From Eledone cirrhosa (taxonomy: Eukaryota): a stretch of 64,000 bases of DNA. Positions 15,198 to 33,640 of this stretch are shown here, piece by piece. A model generated the notes under the pieces. It was not told the DNA's origin. It saw only the letters and a program-made list of their open reading frames with translations, and ran no database searches. The stretch covers positions 307,768,001-307,832,000 of the forward strand of contig OZ024741.1 in NCBI GenBank assembly GCA_964016885.1. The letters run 5' to 3'. The position numbers were made by a program, and so were the translations under genes. Every line of letters begins with the position of its first letter. Position 1 is the first letter of the stretch.

Positions 15198-18100
15198 TAC
15201 ACAAACACACAACACAAACACACAACACAAACACACAACACAAATTCACAACACAAACTCACAACACAAACATACAACACAATCACACAACACAAACACA
15301 CAACACAATCAAACATCACAATCACACAACACAAACTCACAACACAAACTCACAACACAAACATACAACACAAACACACAACACAAAGACACAACACAAA
15401 CACGCAACATAAACCCACAACATTAACACACAACACAAACACACAACACAAACACACGACACAATGACACAATACAAACACACAACGCAAACACACAACA
15501 CAAACACACAACACAATCACACAAACACACAACACAATCACACAAACACACAACACAATCACACAAGACACCAACAACACAAACACACAAAACAATCACA
15601 CAACAAACACACAACACAAACACACAACAAAAACATACAACACAAACTCACAATCACACAAACACACATACAACACAAACACACAACACAAACATACAAC
15701 ACAAACTCACAACACAAACTCACAACACAACACAATCACATAAAAAACACAAACATACAACACAAACACACAACACAATCACACAACACAATCCCACAAC
15801 ACAGACACACAACACAAACACACAACACAATCACACAACACAAACACACAACACAAACTCACAACACAAACACACAACGCAAACATAAAACACAAACGCA
15901 CAAAACAAACACACAACACACAACACAATCACATAAAAAACACACAACACAAACACACAACACAAACTCACAACACAAACATACAACACAATCACACAAC
16001 ACAAACACACAACACAATCAAACATCACAATCACACAACACAAACTCACAACACAAACTCACAACACAAACATACAACACAAACACACAACACAAAGACA
16101 CAACACAAACACGCAACATAAACCCACAACATTAACACACAACACAAACACACAACACAAACACACGACACAATGACACAATACAAACACACAACGCAAA
16201 CACACAACACAAACACACAACACAATCACACAAACACACAACACAATCACACAAACACACAACACAATCACACAAGACACCAACAACACAAATACACAAA
16301 ACAATCACACAACAAACACACAACACAAACACACAACAAAAACATACAACACAAACTCACAATCACACAAACACACATACAACACAAACACACAACACAA
16401 ACATACAACACAAACTCACAACACAAACTCACAACACAACACAATCACATAAAAAACACAAACATACAACACAAACACACAACACAATCACACAACACAA
16501 TCCCACAACACAGACACACAACACAAACACACAACACAATCACACAACACAAACACACAACACAAACTCACAACACAAACACACAACGCAAACATAAAAC
16601 ACAAACGCACAAAACAAACACACAACACACAACACAATCACATAAAAAACACACAACACAAACACACAACACAAACTCACAACACAAACTCACAACACGA
16701 ACACACAACACAAACACACAACACAAACACACAACACAATCACACAACACAAACACCCAACACAAACAAACAACACAAACACACAACACAAACACACAAC
16801 ACAATCACACAACACAAACACCCAACACAAACACACAACACAAACACACAACACAAACGCGCAACACAATCACATAACACAATCACACAACACAAACACA
16901 CAACAAAAACTCACAAGACAAACACACAAGACAAACACACAACACAATCACACAAAAATACACACAACACAAACACACAACACAATCACCCAACACAAAC
17001 ACACAACACAAACACACAACACAAACACACAACACAATCACACAACACAAACACAAACTCACAACACAAACACACAACACAAACATAAAACACAAACTAA
17101 CAACACATACACACAACACACAAGACAATCACATAAAAAAACAGACACCACAAACTCACAACACAAACTCACAAAACAATGACACAACACAAACACACAA
17201 CACAGACATAAAACACAATCACACAACAGAAACACACAACACAATCACACAATAATACACACAACACAAACACACAACACAAACGCACAATACAAACACA
17301 CAACAGAAACACACAACACAAAATCACAACACAAACTCACAACACAAACATACAACACAATCACACAACACAAACACACAACACAATCACACATCACAAT
17401 CACACAACACAAACTCACAACACAAACTCACAACACAAACATACAACACAAACACACAACACAAACACACAACACAAATACACAACACAAACACACAACA
17501 CAAACACGCAACATAAACACACAACATTAACACACAACACAAACACACAATACAATCAAACAACACAAACACACAACACAAACACACAACACAATGACAC
17601 AATACAAACACACAACGCAAACACACAACACAAACACAACACAATCACACAAACACACAACACAATCACACAAAACACACACAACACAAACACACAAAAC
17701 AATCACACAACAAACACACAACACAAACACACAACACAAACACACAACACAAACACACAACACAAACACACAACACAAACTCACAATCACACAAGAACAC
17801 ACAACACAAACACACAACACAAACATACAACAAAAACTCAGAACACAAACACACAACTCACAACACAATCACATAAAAAATACACACAACATAAACGCAC
17901 TACACACAACAAAAACTCACAAAACAAACACACAACACAAACACACAACACAATCAAACAACACAAACATACAACACAATCACACAACACAAACACACAA
18001 CACAATCAAACAACACAAACACACAACAGAAACTCACAATACAAACACACAACACAATCAAACAACACAAACATACAACACAATCACACAACACAAACAC

Positions 18101-21100
18101 ACAACACAATCAAACAACACAAACACACAACAGAAACTCACAACACAATCACACAACACAATCACACAACACAAACACACAACACAAACATACAACACAA
18201 TCACACAACACAAATACACAACACAAACTCACAACACAAACTCACAACACGAACACACAACACAAACACACAACACAAACACACAACACAATCACACAAC
18301 ACAAACACCCAACACAAACAAACAACACAAACACACAACACAAACACACAACACAATCACACAACACAAACACCCAACACAAACACACAACACAAACACA
18401 CAACACAAACGCGCAACACAATCACACAACACAATCACACAACACAAACACACAACAAAAACTCACAAGACAAACACACAACACAAACAAACAACACAAT
18501 CACACATCACAATCACACAACACAAAGTCACAAGACAAACACACAAGACAAACACACAACACAATCACACAAAAATACACACAACACAAACACACAACAC
18601 AATCACCCAACACAAACACACAACACAAACACACAACACAAACACACAACACAATCACACAACACAAACACTAACTCACAACACAAACACACAACACAAA
18701 CATAAAACACAAACTAACAACACAAACTAACAACACAAACACACAACACACAAGACAATCACATAAAAAAACAGACAACACAAACTCACAACACAAACTC
18801 ACAAAACAATGACACAACACAAACACACAACACAGACATAAAACACAATCACACAACACAAACACACAACACAATCACACAAAAATACACACAACGCAAA
18901 CACACAACACAAACGCACAACACAAACACACAACAGAAACACACAACACAAACTCACAACACAAACTCACAACACAAACATACAACACAATCACACAACA
19001 TAAACACACAACACAATCACACATCACAATCACACAACACAAACTCACAACACAAACTCACAACACAAACACACAACACAAACACACAACACAAACACAC
19101 AACACAAACACACAACACAAACACGCAACATAAACACACAACATTAACACACAACACAAACACACAACACAATCACACAAAACACACACAACACAAACAC
19201 ACAAAACAATCACACAACAAACACACAACACAAACACACAACACAAACACACAACACAAACTCACAATCACACAAAAACACATACAACACAAACACACAA
19301 CACAAACATACAACTCACAACACAATCACATAAAAAACACACACAACATAAACGCACTACACACAACAAAAACTCACAAAACAAACACACAACACAGACA
19401 CACAACACAAACACACAACACAATCAAACAACACAAACATACAACACAATCACACAACACAAACACACAACACAATCAAACAACACAAACACACAACAGA
19501 AACTCACAACACAATCACACAACACAATCACACAACACAAACACACAACACAAACACACAACTCAATCACACAATACAAACACACAACACAAACACACAA
19601 CACAAACACACAACACAATCAAACAACACAAACATACAACACAATCACACAACACAAACACACAACACAATCAAACAACACAAACACACAACAGAAACTC
19701 ACAACACAATCACAAAACACAATCACACAACACAAACACACAACACAAACACACAACACAATCACACAACACAAACACACAACACACACTCACAACACAA
19801 ACATACAACACAAACATAAAACACAAACTCACAAAACAAAAACACAACACACAACACAATCACATAAAAAACACACAACACAAACACACAACACAAACTC
19901 ACAACACAAACTCACAACACAAACACACAACACAAACACACAACACAAACACACAACACAATTACACAACACAAACACCCAACACAAACATACAACACAA
20001 ACACACAACACAAACACACAGCACAATCACACAACACAAACACCCAACACAAACACACAACACAAACACACAACACAATCACACAACTCAAAGTCACAAG
20101 ACAAACACACGACACAAACACACAACACAACCACACAACACAAACACACAACACAATCACACAAAAATACACACAACACAAACACACAACACAATGACAC
20201 AACACAAACACACAACGCAAACACACAACACAAACACACAACACAAACACACAAACACACAACACAATCACACAGAAACACACACAACACAAACACAAGC
20301 ACACAACACAATCACCCAACACAAACACACAACACAAACACACAACACAAACACACAACACAATGACACAATACAAACACACAACGCAAACACACAACAC
20401 AAACACACAACACAATCACACAAAACACACACAACACAAACACACAAAACAATCACACAACAAACACACAACACAAACACACAACACAAACACACAACAC
20501 AAACTCACAATCACATAAAAACACATACAACACAAACACACAACACAAACATACAACAAAAACTCACAACACTAACACACAACTCACAACACAATCACAT
20601 AAAAAAACACACACAACATAAACTCACTACACACAACAAAAACTCACAACACAAACACACAACACAAACATAGAATACAAACACACAACACAAACACACA
20701 AACACACAACACAATCACACAAACACACAATACAATCACACAATACAAACACACAACACAATCACACAAAAATACACACAACACAAACACACAACACAAA
20801 CACACAACACAATGACACAACACAAACACACAACGCAAACACACAACACAAACACACAACACAATCACACAAACACACAACACAATCACACAAACACACA
20901 ACACAATCACACAAACACACAACACAATCACACAATACAAACACACAACACAATCACACAGAAACACACACAACACAAACACACAACACAATGACACAAC
21001 ACAATCACACAACACAATCACCCAACACAAACACACAACACAAACACACAACACAAACACACAACACAATCACACAACACAAACACACAACACAAACACA

Positions 21101-24100
21101 CAACACAATCACACAAACACACAACACAATCACACAATACAAACACACAACACAATCACACAGAAACACACACAACACAAACACACAACACAATGACACA
21201 ACACAATCACACAACACAATCACCCAACACAAACACACAACACAATCACACAACACAAACACACAACGCAATCACACAACACAAACACCCAACACAAACA
21301 CACAACACAATCACACAACACAAACACCCAACACAAACAAACAACACAAACACACAACACAAACACACAACACAATCACACAACACAAACACCCAACACA
21401 AACACACAACACAAACACACAACACAAACGCGCAACACAATCACACAACACAATCACACAACACAAACACACAACAAAAACTCACAAGACAAACACACAA
21501 CACAAACAAACAACACAATCACACATCACAATCACACAACACAAAGTCACAAGACAAACACACAAGACAAACACACAACACAATCACACAAAAATACACA
21601 CAACACAAACACACAACACAATCACCCAACACAAACACACAACACAAACACACAACACAAACACACAACACAATCACACAACACAAACACTAACTCACAA
21701 CACAAACACACAACACAAACATAAAACACAAACTAACAACACAAACTAACAACACAAACACACAACACACAAGACAATCACATAAAAAAACAGACAACAC
21801 AAACTCACAACACAAACTCACAAAACAATGACACAACACAAACACACAACACAGACATAAAACACAATCACACAACACAAACACACAACACAATCACACA
21901 AAAATACACACAACGCAAACACACAACACAAACGCACAACACAAACACACAACAGAAACACACAACACAAACTCACAACACAAACTCACAACACAAACAT
22001 ACAACACAATCACACAACATAAACACACAACACAATCACACATCACAATCACACAACACAAACTCACAACACAAACTCACAACACAAACACACAACACAA
22101 ACACACAACACAAACACACAACACAAACACACAACACAAACACGCAACATAAACACACAACATTAACACACAACACAAACACACAACACAATCACACAAA
22201 ACACACACAACACAAACACACAAAACAATCACACAACAAACACACAACACAAACACACAACACAAACACACAACACAAACTCACAATCACACAAAAACAC
22301 ATACAACACAAACACACAACACAAACATACAACTCACAACACAATCACATAAAAAACACACACAACATAAACGCACTACACACAACAAAAACTCACAAAA
22401 CAAACACACAACACAGACACACAACACAAACACACAACACAATCAAACAACACAAACATACAACACAATCACACAACACAAACACACAACACAATCAAAC
22501 AACACAAACACACAACAGAAACTCACAACACAATCACACAACACAATCACACAACACAAACACACAACACAAACACACAACTCAATCACACAATACAAAC
22601 ACACAACACAAACACACAACACAAACACACAACACAATCAAACAACACAAACATACAACACAATCACACAACACAAACACACAACACAATCAAACAACAC
22701 AAACACACAACAGAAACTCACAACACAATCACAAAACACAATCACACAACACAAACACACAACACAAACACACAACACAATCACACAACACAAACACACA
22801 ACACACACTCACAACACAAACATACAACACAAACATAAAACACAAACTCACAAAACAAAAACACAACACACAACACAATCACATAAAAAACACACAACAC
22901 AAACACACAACACAAACTCACAACACAAACTCACAACACAAACACACAACACAAACACACAACACAAACACACAACACAATTACACAACACAAACACCCA
23001 ACACAAACATACAACACAAACACACAACACAAACACACAGCACAATCACACAACACAAACACCCAACACAAACACACAACACAAACACACAACACAATCA
23101 CACAACTCAAAGTCACAAGACAAACACACGACACAAACACACAACACAACCACACAACACAAACACACAACACAATCACACAAAAATACACACAACACAA
23201 ACACACAACACAATGACACAACACAAACACACAACGCAAACACACAACACAAACACACAACACAAACACACAAACACACAACACAATCACACAGAAACAC
23301 ACACAACACAAACACAAGCACACAACACAATCACCCAACACAAACACACAACACAAACACACAACACAAACACACAACACAATGACACAATACAAACACA
23401 CAACGCAAACACACAACACAAACACACAACACAATCACACAAAACACACACAACACAAACACACAAAACAATCACACAACAAACACACAACACAAACACA
23501 CAACACAAACACACAACACAAACTCACAATCACATAAAAACACATACAACACAAACACACAACACAAACATACAACAAAAACTCACAACACTAACACACA
23601 ACTCACAACACAATCACATAAAAAAACACACACAACATAAACTCACTACACACAACAAAAACTCACAACACAAACACACAACACAAACATAGAATACAAA
23701 CACACAACACAAACACACAAACACACAACACAATCACACAAACACACAATACAATCACACAATACAAACACACAACACAATCACACAAAAATACACACAA
23801 CACAAACACACAACACAAACACACAACACAATGACACAACACAAACACACAACGCAAACACACAACACAAACACACAACACAATCACACAAACACACAAC
23901 ACAATCACACAAACACACAACACAATCACACAAACACACAACACAATCACACAATACAAACACACAACACAATCACACAGAAACACACACAACACAAACA
24001 CACAACACAATGACACAACACAATCACACAACACAATCACCCAACACAAACACACAACACAAACACACAACACAAACACACAACACAATCACACAACACA

Positions 24101-27100
24101 AACACACAACACAAACACACAACACAATCACACAAACACACAACACAATCACACAATACAAACACACAACACAATCACACAGAAACACACACAACACAAA
24201 CACACAACACAATGACACAACACAATCACACAACACAATCACCCAACACAAACACACAACACAATCACACAACACAAACACACAACGCAATCACACAACA
24301 CAAACACCCAACACAAACACACAACACAAACACACAACACAAACACACAAAACAATCACACAACACAAACACCCAACACAAACACACAACACAAACACAC
24401 AACACAAACACACAACACAAACACACAACACAAACATAAAACACAAACTCACAAAACAATCACACAGCACACAACACAATCACATAAAAAACACACAACA
24501 CAAACACACAACACAAACTCACAACACAAACTCACAACACAAACACACAACACAAACACACAACACAGACACACAACACAATCACACAACACAAACACAC
24601 AACACAAACACACAAGCACAATCACACAACACAAACACCCAACACAAACACACAACACAAACACACAACACAAACGCGCAACACAATCACACAACACAAT
24701 CACACAACACAAACACACAACAAAAACTCACAACACAATCACACAAACACACAACACAATCACACAATACAAACACACAACACAAACACAACACAATCAG
24801 ACAAACACACAACACAATCACACAAAACACACACAACACAAACACACAAAAGAATCACACAACAAACACACAACACAAACACACAACACAAACACACAAC
24901 ACAAACACACAACACAAACACACAACACAAACTCACAATCACACAAAAACACACAACACAAACACACAACACAAACATACAACAAAAACTCAGAACACAA
25001 ACACACAACTCACAACACAATCACATAAAAAATACACACAACATAAACGCACTACACACAACAAAAACTCACAAAACAAACACACAACACAAACACACAA
25101 CACAATCAAACAACACAAACATACAACACAATCACACAACACAAACACACAACACAATCAAACAACACAAACACACAACAGAAACTCACAATACAAACAC
25201 ACAACACAATCAAACAACACAAACATACAACACAATCACACAACACAAACACACAACACAATCAAACAACACAAACACACAACAGAAACTCACAACACAA
25301 TCACACAACACAATCACACAACACAAACACACAACACAAACATACAACACAATCACACAACACAAACACACAACACAAACTCACAACACAAACTCACAAC
25401 ACAAACTCACAACACGAACAAACAACACAAACACACAACACAAACACACAACACAATCACACAACACAATCACACAACACAAACACACAACACAAACACA
25501 CAACACAAACGCGCAACACAATCACACAACACAATCACACAACACAAACACACAACAAAAACTCACAAGACAAACACACAACACAAACAAACAACACAAT
25601 CACACATCACAATCACACAACACAAAGTCACAAGACAAACACACAAGACAAACACACAACACAATCACACAAAAATACACACAACACAAACACACAACAC
25701 AATCACCCAACACAAACACACAACACAAACACACAACACAAACACACAACACAATCACACAACACAAACACAAACTCACAACACAAACACACAACACAAA
25801 CATAAAACACAAACTAACAACACAAACTAACAACACAAACACACAACACACAAGACAATCACATAAAAAAACAGACAACACAAACTCACAACACAAACTC
25901 ACAAAACAATGACACAACACAAACACACAACACAGACATAAAACACAATCACACAACACAAACACACAACACAATCACACAAAAATACACACAACACAAA
26001 CACACAACACAAACGCACAACACAAACACACAACAGAAACACACAACACAAACTCACAACACAAACTCACAACACAAACATACAACACAATCACACAACA
26101 TAAACACACAACACAATCACACATCACAATCACACAACACAAACTCACAACACAAACTCACAACACAAACACACAACACAAACACACAACACAAACACAC
26201 AACACAAACACACAACACAAACACGCAACATAAACACACAACATTAACACACAACACAAACACACAACACAATCACACAAAACACACACAACACAAACAC
26301 ACAAAACAATCACACAACAAACACACAACACAAACACACAACACAAACACACAACACAAACTCACAATCACACAAAAACACATACAACACAAACACACAA
26401 CACAAACATACAACTCACAACACAATCACATAAAAAACACACACAACATAAACGCACTACACACAACAAAAACTCACAAAACAAACACACAACACAGACA
26501 CACAACACAAACACACAACACAATCAAACAACACAAACATACAACACAATCACACAACACAAACACACAACACAATCAAACAACACAAACACACAACAGA
26601 AACTCACAACACAATCACACAACACAATCACACAACACAAACACACAACACAAACACACAACTCAATCACACAACACAAACACACAACACAAACACACAA
26701 CACAAACACACAACACAATCAAACAACACAAACATACAACACAATCACACAACACAAACACACAACACAATCAAACAACACAAACACACAACAGAAACTC
26801 ACAACACAATCACACAACACAATCACACAACACAAACACACAACACAAACACACAACACAATCACACAACACAAACACACAACACAAACTCACAACACAA
26901 ACATACAACACAAACATAAAACACAAACTCACAAAACAAAAACACAACACACAACACAATCACATAAAAAACACACAACACAAACACACAACACAAACTC
27001 ACAACACAAACTCACAACACAAACACACAACACAAACACACAACACAAACACACAACACAATTACACAACACAAACACCCAACACAAACACACAACACAA

Positions 27101-30100
27101 ACACACAACACAAACACACAGCACAATCACACAACACAAACACCCAACACAAACACACAACACAAACACACAACACAATCACACAACTCAAAGTCACAAG
27201 ACAAACACACGACACAAACACACAACACAACCACACAACACAAACACACAACACAATCACACAAAAATACACACAACACAAACACACAACACAATGACAC
27301 AACACAAACATACAACGCAAACACACAACACAAACACACAACACAAACACACAAACACACAACACAATCACACAGAAACACACACAACACAAACACAAAC
27401 ACACAACACAATCACCCAACACAAACACACAACACAAACACACAACACAAACACACAACACAATGACACAATACAAACACAAAACGCAAACACACAACAC
27501 AAACACACAACACAATCACACAAAACACACACAACACAAACACACAAAACAATCACACAACAAACACACAACACAAACACACAACACAAACACACAACAC
27601 AAACTCACAATCACATAAAAGCACATACAACACAAACACACAACACAAACATACAACAAAAACTCACAACACTAACACACAACTCACAACACAATCACAT
27701 AAAAAAACACACACAACATAAACGCACTACACACAACAAAAACTCACAACACAAACACACAACACAAACATAGAATACAAACACACAACACAAACACACA
27801 AACACACAACACAATCACACAAACACACAATACAATCACACAATACAAACACACAACACAATCACACAAAAATACACACAACACAAACACACAACACAAT
27901 GACACAACACAAACACACAACGCAAACACACAACACAAACACACAACACAATCACACAAACACACAACACAATCACACAAACACACAACACAATCACACA
28001 AACACACAACACAATCACACAATACAAACACACAACACAATCACACAGAAACACACACAACACAAACACACAACACAATGACACAACACAATCACACAAC
28101 ACAATCACCCAACACAAACACACAACACAAACACACAACACAAACACACAACACAAACACACAACACAAACACACAACACAAACACACAACCCAATCACA
28201 CAAACACACAACACAATCACACAAACACACAACACAATCACACAAACACACAACACAATCACACAATACAAACACACAACACAATCACACAGAAACACAC
28301 ACAACACAAACACACAACACAATGACACAACACAATGACACAACACAATCACCCAACACAAACACACAACACAATCACACAACACAAACACACAACACAA
28401 TCACACAACACAAACACCCAACACAAACACACAACACAAACACACAACACAAACACACAAAACAATCACACAACACAAACACCCAACACAAACACACAAC
28501 ACAAACACACAACACAAACACACAACACAAACACACAACACAAACATAAAACACAAACTCACAAAACAATCACACAGCACACAACACAATCACATAAAAA
28601 ACACACAACACAAACACACAACACAAACTCACAACACAAACTCACAACACAAACACACAACACAAACACACAACACAGACACACAACACAATCACACAAC
28701 ACAAACACACAACTCAAACACAGAACACAAACACACAACACAAACACACAAGCACAATCACACAACACAAACACCCAACACAAACACACAACACAAACAC
28801 ACAACACAAACGCGCAACACAATCACACAACACAATCACACAACACAAACACACAACAAAAACTCACAACACAATCACACAAACACACAACACAATCACA
28901 CAATACAAACACACAACACAATCACACAGAAACACACACAACACAAACACAAACACACAACACAATCACCCAACACAAGCACACAACACAAACTCACAAC
29001 ACAAACTCACAACACAGTGACACAACACAAACACACAACACAAACTCACAACACAATGACACAACACAAACACACAACACAAACATAAAACACAATCACA
29101 CAACACAAACACACAACACAATCACACAACACAAACACACAACACAAACACACAACACAATCACACAACACAAACACCCAACACAAACACACAACACAAA
29201 CACACAACACAAACGCGCAACACAATCACACAACACAATCACACAACACAAACACAAAAGACAAACTCACAAGACAAACACACAACAGAAACAAACAACA
29301 CAATCACACATCACAATCACACAACACAAAGTCACAAGACAAACACACAAGACAAACACACAACACACAAGACAATCACATAAAAAAACAGACAACACAA
29401 ACTCACAACACAAACTCACAAAACAATGACACAACACAAACACACAACACAAACATAAAACACAATCACACAACAGAAACAGACAACACAATCACACAAA
29501 AATACACACAACACAAACACAAACGCACAACACAAACACACAATAGAAACACACAACACAAACTCACAACACAAACTCACAACACAAACATACAACACAA
29601 TCACACAACACAAACACACAACACAATCACACATCACAATCACACAACACAAGCTCACAACACAAACACACAACACAAACATACAACACAAACACACAAC
29701 ACAAACACACAACACAAACACACAACACAAACACACAACACAAATACGCAACATAAACACACAACATTAACACACAATACAAACACACAACACAAACACA
29801 CAACACAAACACACAACACAATGACACAATACAAACACACAACGCAAACACACAACACAAACACACAAACACACAACACAATCACACAAATCACACACAA
29901 TACAAACACACAAAACAATCACACAACAAACACACAACACAAACACACAACACAAACACACAACACAAACTACAATCACACAAAAACACATATAACACAA
30001 ACACACAACACAAACATACAACACAAACTCACAACACAAACACACAACTCGCAACACAAACATACAACACAAACACACAACACAATAACACAACACAATC

Positions 30101-31050
30101 ACACAACACAGACAGACAACACAAACACACAACACAATCACAGAACACAAACACACAACACAATCACGCAAACACACAACGCAATCACAGAAACGCACAA
30201 CACAATCACACAATACAAACACACAACACAATCACACAGAAACACACACAACACAAACACAAACACACAACACAATCACCCAACACAAACACACAACACA
30301 AATACACAACACAAACACACAACACAATCACACAACACAAACATAAAACACAAACTAACAACACAAACACACAACACACAAGACAATCACATAAAAAAAC
30401 AGACAACACAATCTCACAACATAAACTCACAAAACAATGACACAACACAAACACACAACACAGACATAAAACACAATCACACAACAGAAACACACAACAC
30501 AAACTCACAACACAAACTCACAACACAAACATACAACACAAACTCTCAACACAAACTCACAACACAATCACACAAAAATACACACAACACAAACACACAA
30601 CACAAACGCACAACACAAACACACAACAGAAACACACAACACAAACTCACAACACAAACTCACAACACAAACATACAACACAAACACACAACACAATCAC
30701 ACAACAGAATCACAGAACACAAACTCACAAAAAAACACACAACCCAAACACACAACACAAACACACAACACAAACTCACAAAAAAACACACAACACAAAC
30801 ACACAACACAAACACACAACACAATCACACAACAGAAACACACAACACAATCACACAAAAAAACACACAACACAAACACACAACACAAACTCACCAAACA
30901 AACATACAACACAAACACAAACACACAATACAAACACACAACACAATCACACAACAGAAACACAACACAATCATACAAAAAACACACAACACAAACACAC
31001 AACACAAACTCACAAAAAAAAAACAATGTAAAACATACCACACACTAAAT
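15198..31050. repeat. ~15.8-kb satellite, 13-bp monomer AACACAAACACAC, with higher-order duplications
   Basis: Monomer variants AACACAATCACAC, AACACAAACTCAC, AACACAAACATAC. Identical or near-identical ORF-track translations recur at offsets of 709 (15350/16059), 3019 (19058/22077, 20194/23213) and 4081 (22077/26158, 23213/27294). Confidence 0.95.
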
Positions 31051-31660
31051 AGGCGCACATTCATACACACACATACACACACATACATATAAACACACAA
31101 GTAGAAACACACACATACAAATACACAAATACAAACATACAACTAAAAACCCATGCATACACAGACACACATACAAATACACACGTACAAATAGACACAT
31201 ACAAACACACACTTACACAGACATCCCAACACACACACATCCAAACAAACACATACACAGACACACATACAAACACACACATACACATATGCACACATAC
31301 ACAAACACACACGTACACACACATTCAAACACATGTACAAATCCCCACAAACACACATACAAACACACACACGTACAAACACACACATACACAGACATAC
31401 ACATTCAAACTTTCCTCCTGTCACTCAGTCTATTACTTTCTCCTACACCGTTTATTTCTTTTTCCACATCTCTCTGTCTATCACTTTCTACCCTCTCTCT
31501 TTATCTCTTGAACGCTTTATCCACCACTTCTCCTATCACTCAATCTGACTATTTCTTCCTCTTTCTCTATCCATTACTTTCTCACCTCTCTATCTTTTCC
31601 TCCTTTCTCTATCCACCATTTTCACCCAGGTTCTCACTCACTCTTTATCTCTCCCCCTCT

Positions 31661-31710
<50 letters not shown>

Positions 31711-31879
31711 TCTCGCTCTCTCATTCACTTTCTCTCTCTCTCTCGCTCTCACTCTCGCTCTCTAGCCAGTGTCTCACTGCAACGATATTCGCCCAAAGAG
31801 GCAACTTCAAAGAAAGAGTGTTTTAAAAGTTTTATTAGCTGTTCAGCTAAACTAAGTGTTTATGGTCGAATGTTTGCAA

Positions 31880-32380
31880 CATTGTGACCGTTCTCATTTC
31901 ACTTAGCCAGTAATGGCGGCCGTTTTCATTCCGCAGCCATCTTGTAAATGTGCAAGTAGCGATCGTGTTTGTGTTGGTGAGGTATGTGTGTGTATGTGAA
32001 TGTGTGTGTGTGTTTGTCATTATATGAAGCAGAGTATATGTAAGAGGGAATGTGTGTGCGAGTGTGCACTTATGATAGAAACTGGGTGTGTGAAAGAGAG
32101 GGAGAATCTAAGATAGATAGTATGTGTGTGTGTATGTGTGTGAGTCTATGTGTATGTGTGTGTTAGCAGCAATGTGACTGTCTCCGTTTCACTTAGGCAG
32201 TAATGGCGACGGTCCTGGTGTCGCAGCCATCTTGAACAGGGCAAGTAGACATTGCGTTAGCGTGTGCTTGTGTGTGAGTGTTGTTTACCTGTGTGTGTGT
32301 GTATGTTGTAGCATTGGGACTCTCTTCATTCCACTTCGGTTATAATAGCGGCCATCCTTATGTCGCAGCCATCTTCTACT
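31880..32380. promoter_or_regulatory. Three diverged ~75-bp modules, each with an opposed pair of YY1-like motifs
   Basis: TAATGGCGGC...GCAGCCATCTT at ~31911-31943; TAATGGCGAC...GCAGCCATCTT at ~32201-32233; TAATAGCGGC...GCAGCCATCTT at ~32343-32375. Separated by degenerate (TG)n. Confidence 0.4.
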
Positions 32381-33300
32381 GTAAAACAAACGACCACGAC
32401 TGTGTGTGTGTGTGTGTGTAAGAAGATGTGTGTATAGGCGCATTTGTGTAAGTATGTGCGCGTGTAACCGTGTTTCTAGTCGTTTTAACTGAAGAGCGCA
32501 GAATAAGTAGGTGGGGTGTGTGTAAGTGTAGGTCCTTGTGTCTATGTCTGTTTGTTCATAGAGCTATTGTATTTTCTCATATGCATTTATCTATCTCTGG
32601 TGTATTGTAATATATCATATATACTTATATAGTGGTGTGTGTTTGCGTGTGAGCGTATATGATCGGGTATGTGTGTATATTTGAGTTCATATGAACACAC
32701 ACATACACACACATACCCACACATGCACATACACACATATATATATATGTGTGTGTGTGTATGCGTGTGTATTTATATAAACTCAAATATACACATACAC
32801 CCGACCACATACACATTTCGACGGCATGTGTAAATGTCTAAGAATATATTTGTTTGTGCACACTCTTAATGTGCTAGTATCAAGAGAATCAATTTATCTA
32901 AAAATTTGCCTTTGAAATTTCCTGCAAAAAATGTTGTGATATGCTCCAAAGGCCAGCTAAATAATGGGAAAGTTAGTTATATTGCTAAATCCCACGAAAT
33001 TCTTGATTATTTTCAAAAGGATTTGAAAATTATTGAGCAGTTATTTTCATTAAAAATATGGTAGGAAAGGCGAATATATGTATTCCTAAGTGAAGGAAAC
33101 AGAATTAGTCCTGGAAATGACACATTCCTCTGAATTTATATAGGCTCTTTATTCGATATAGTATTGACAACCTTGTTATAAATGTAGTTCTTTACGTCTT
33201 AGCAGAATATTTTCAGCAGTTTATACATGTACACACGCATGTAAAAACACACACACACATACACACATATGTGTATACATACACACACACACACACGTGC

Positions 33301-33332
<32 letters not shown>

Positions 33333-33424
33333 TGTTTAATGGTTTGTAACTTTACGTTGCTATTGGTTCACTAACTTGAGCATTCGATGCATAGGTATTA
33401 TTTATATATATATATATATATATA

Positions 33425-33640
33425 TCATCATCATCATCATCATCTTCGTTTAATGTCCATCTTCCACGCTAGCATGGGTTAGAGGGGAGTTGTCCCACTT
33501 GAGACAAGGTTGGTCGGATGACCGTGTCTCGCTCATATCGGACTATCTGGCAGGTTTTCTACGGCTGGATGCCCCTCCTAACACCAACCACATTTACAGT
33601 GTGGAACTGGGAACTTTTTACCGTGTTACCTACACGACCA
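33425..33640 (-). mobile_element. Short retroposon with a (GAT)n tail (RTE-type 3' end)
   Basis: (CAT)n run followed by CGTTTAATGTCCATCTTCCACGCTAGCATGGGTT ... CTACGGCTGGATGCCCCTCCTAACACCAACC; resembles a common cephalopod repeat (from memory, not searched). Confidence 0.5.

Noticed and set aside
24010-25830. 606-aa T/H/Q/N-rich ORF and similar long ORFs in the satellite
   Set aside because: The A/C-only strand lacks stop codons by composition, and the 13-aa period equals three 13-bp monomers; no evidence of a gene.
32880-33064. ~60-codon open stretch in non-repetitive DNA, a possible host exon
   Set aside because: No recognisable domain or clear splice signals; the length is compatible with chance.
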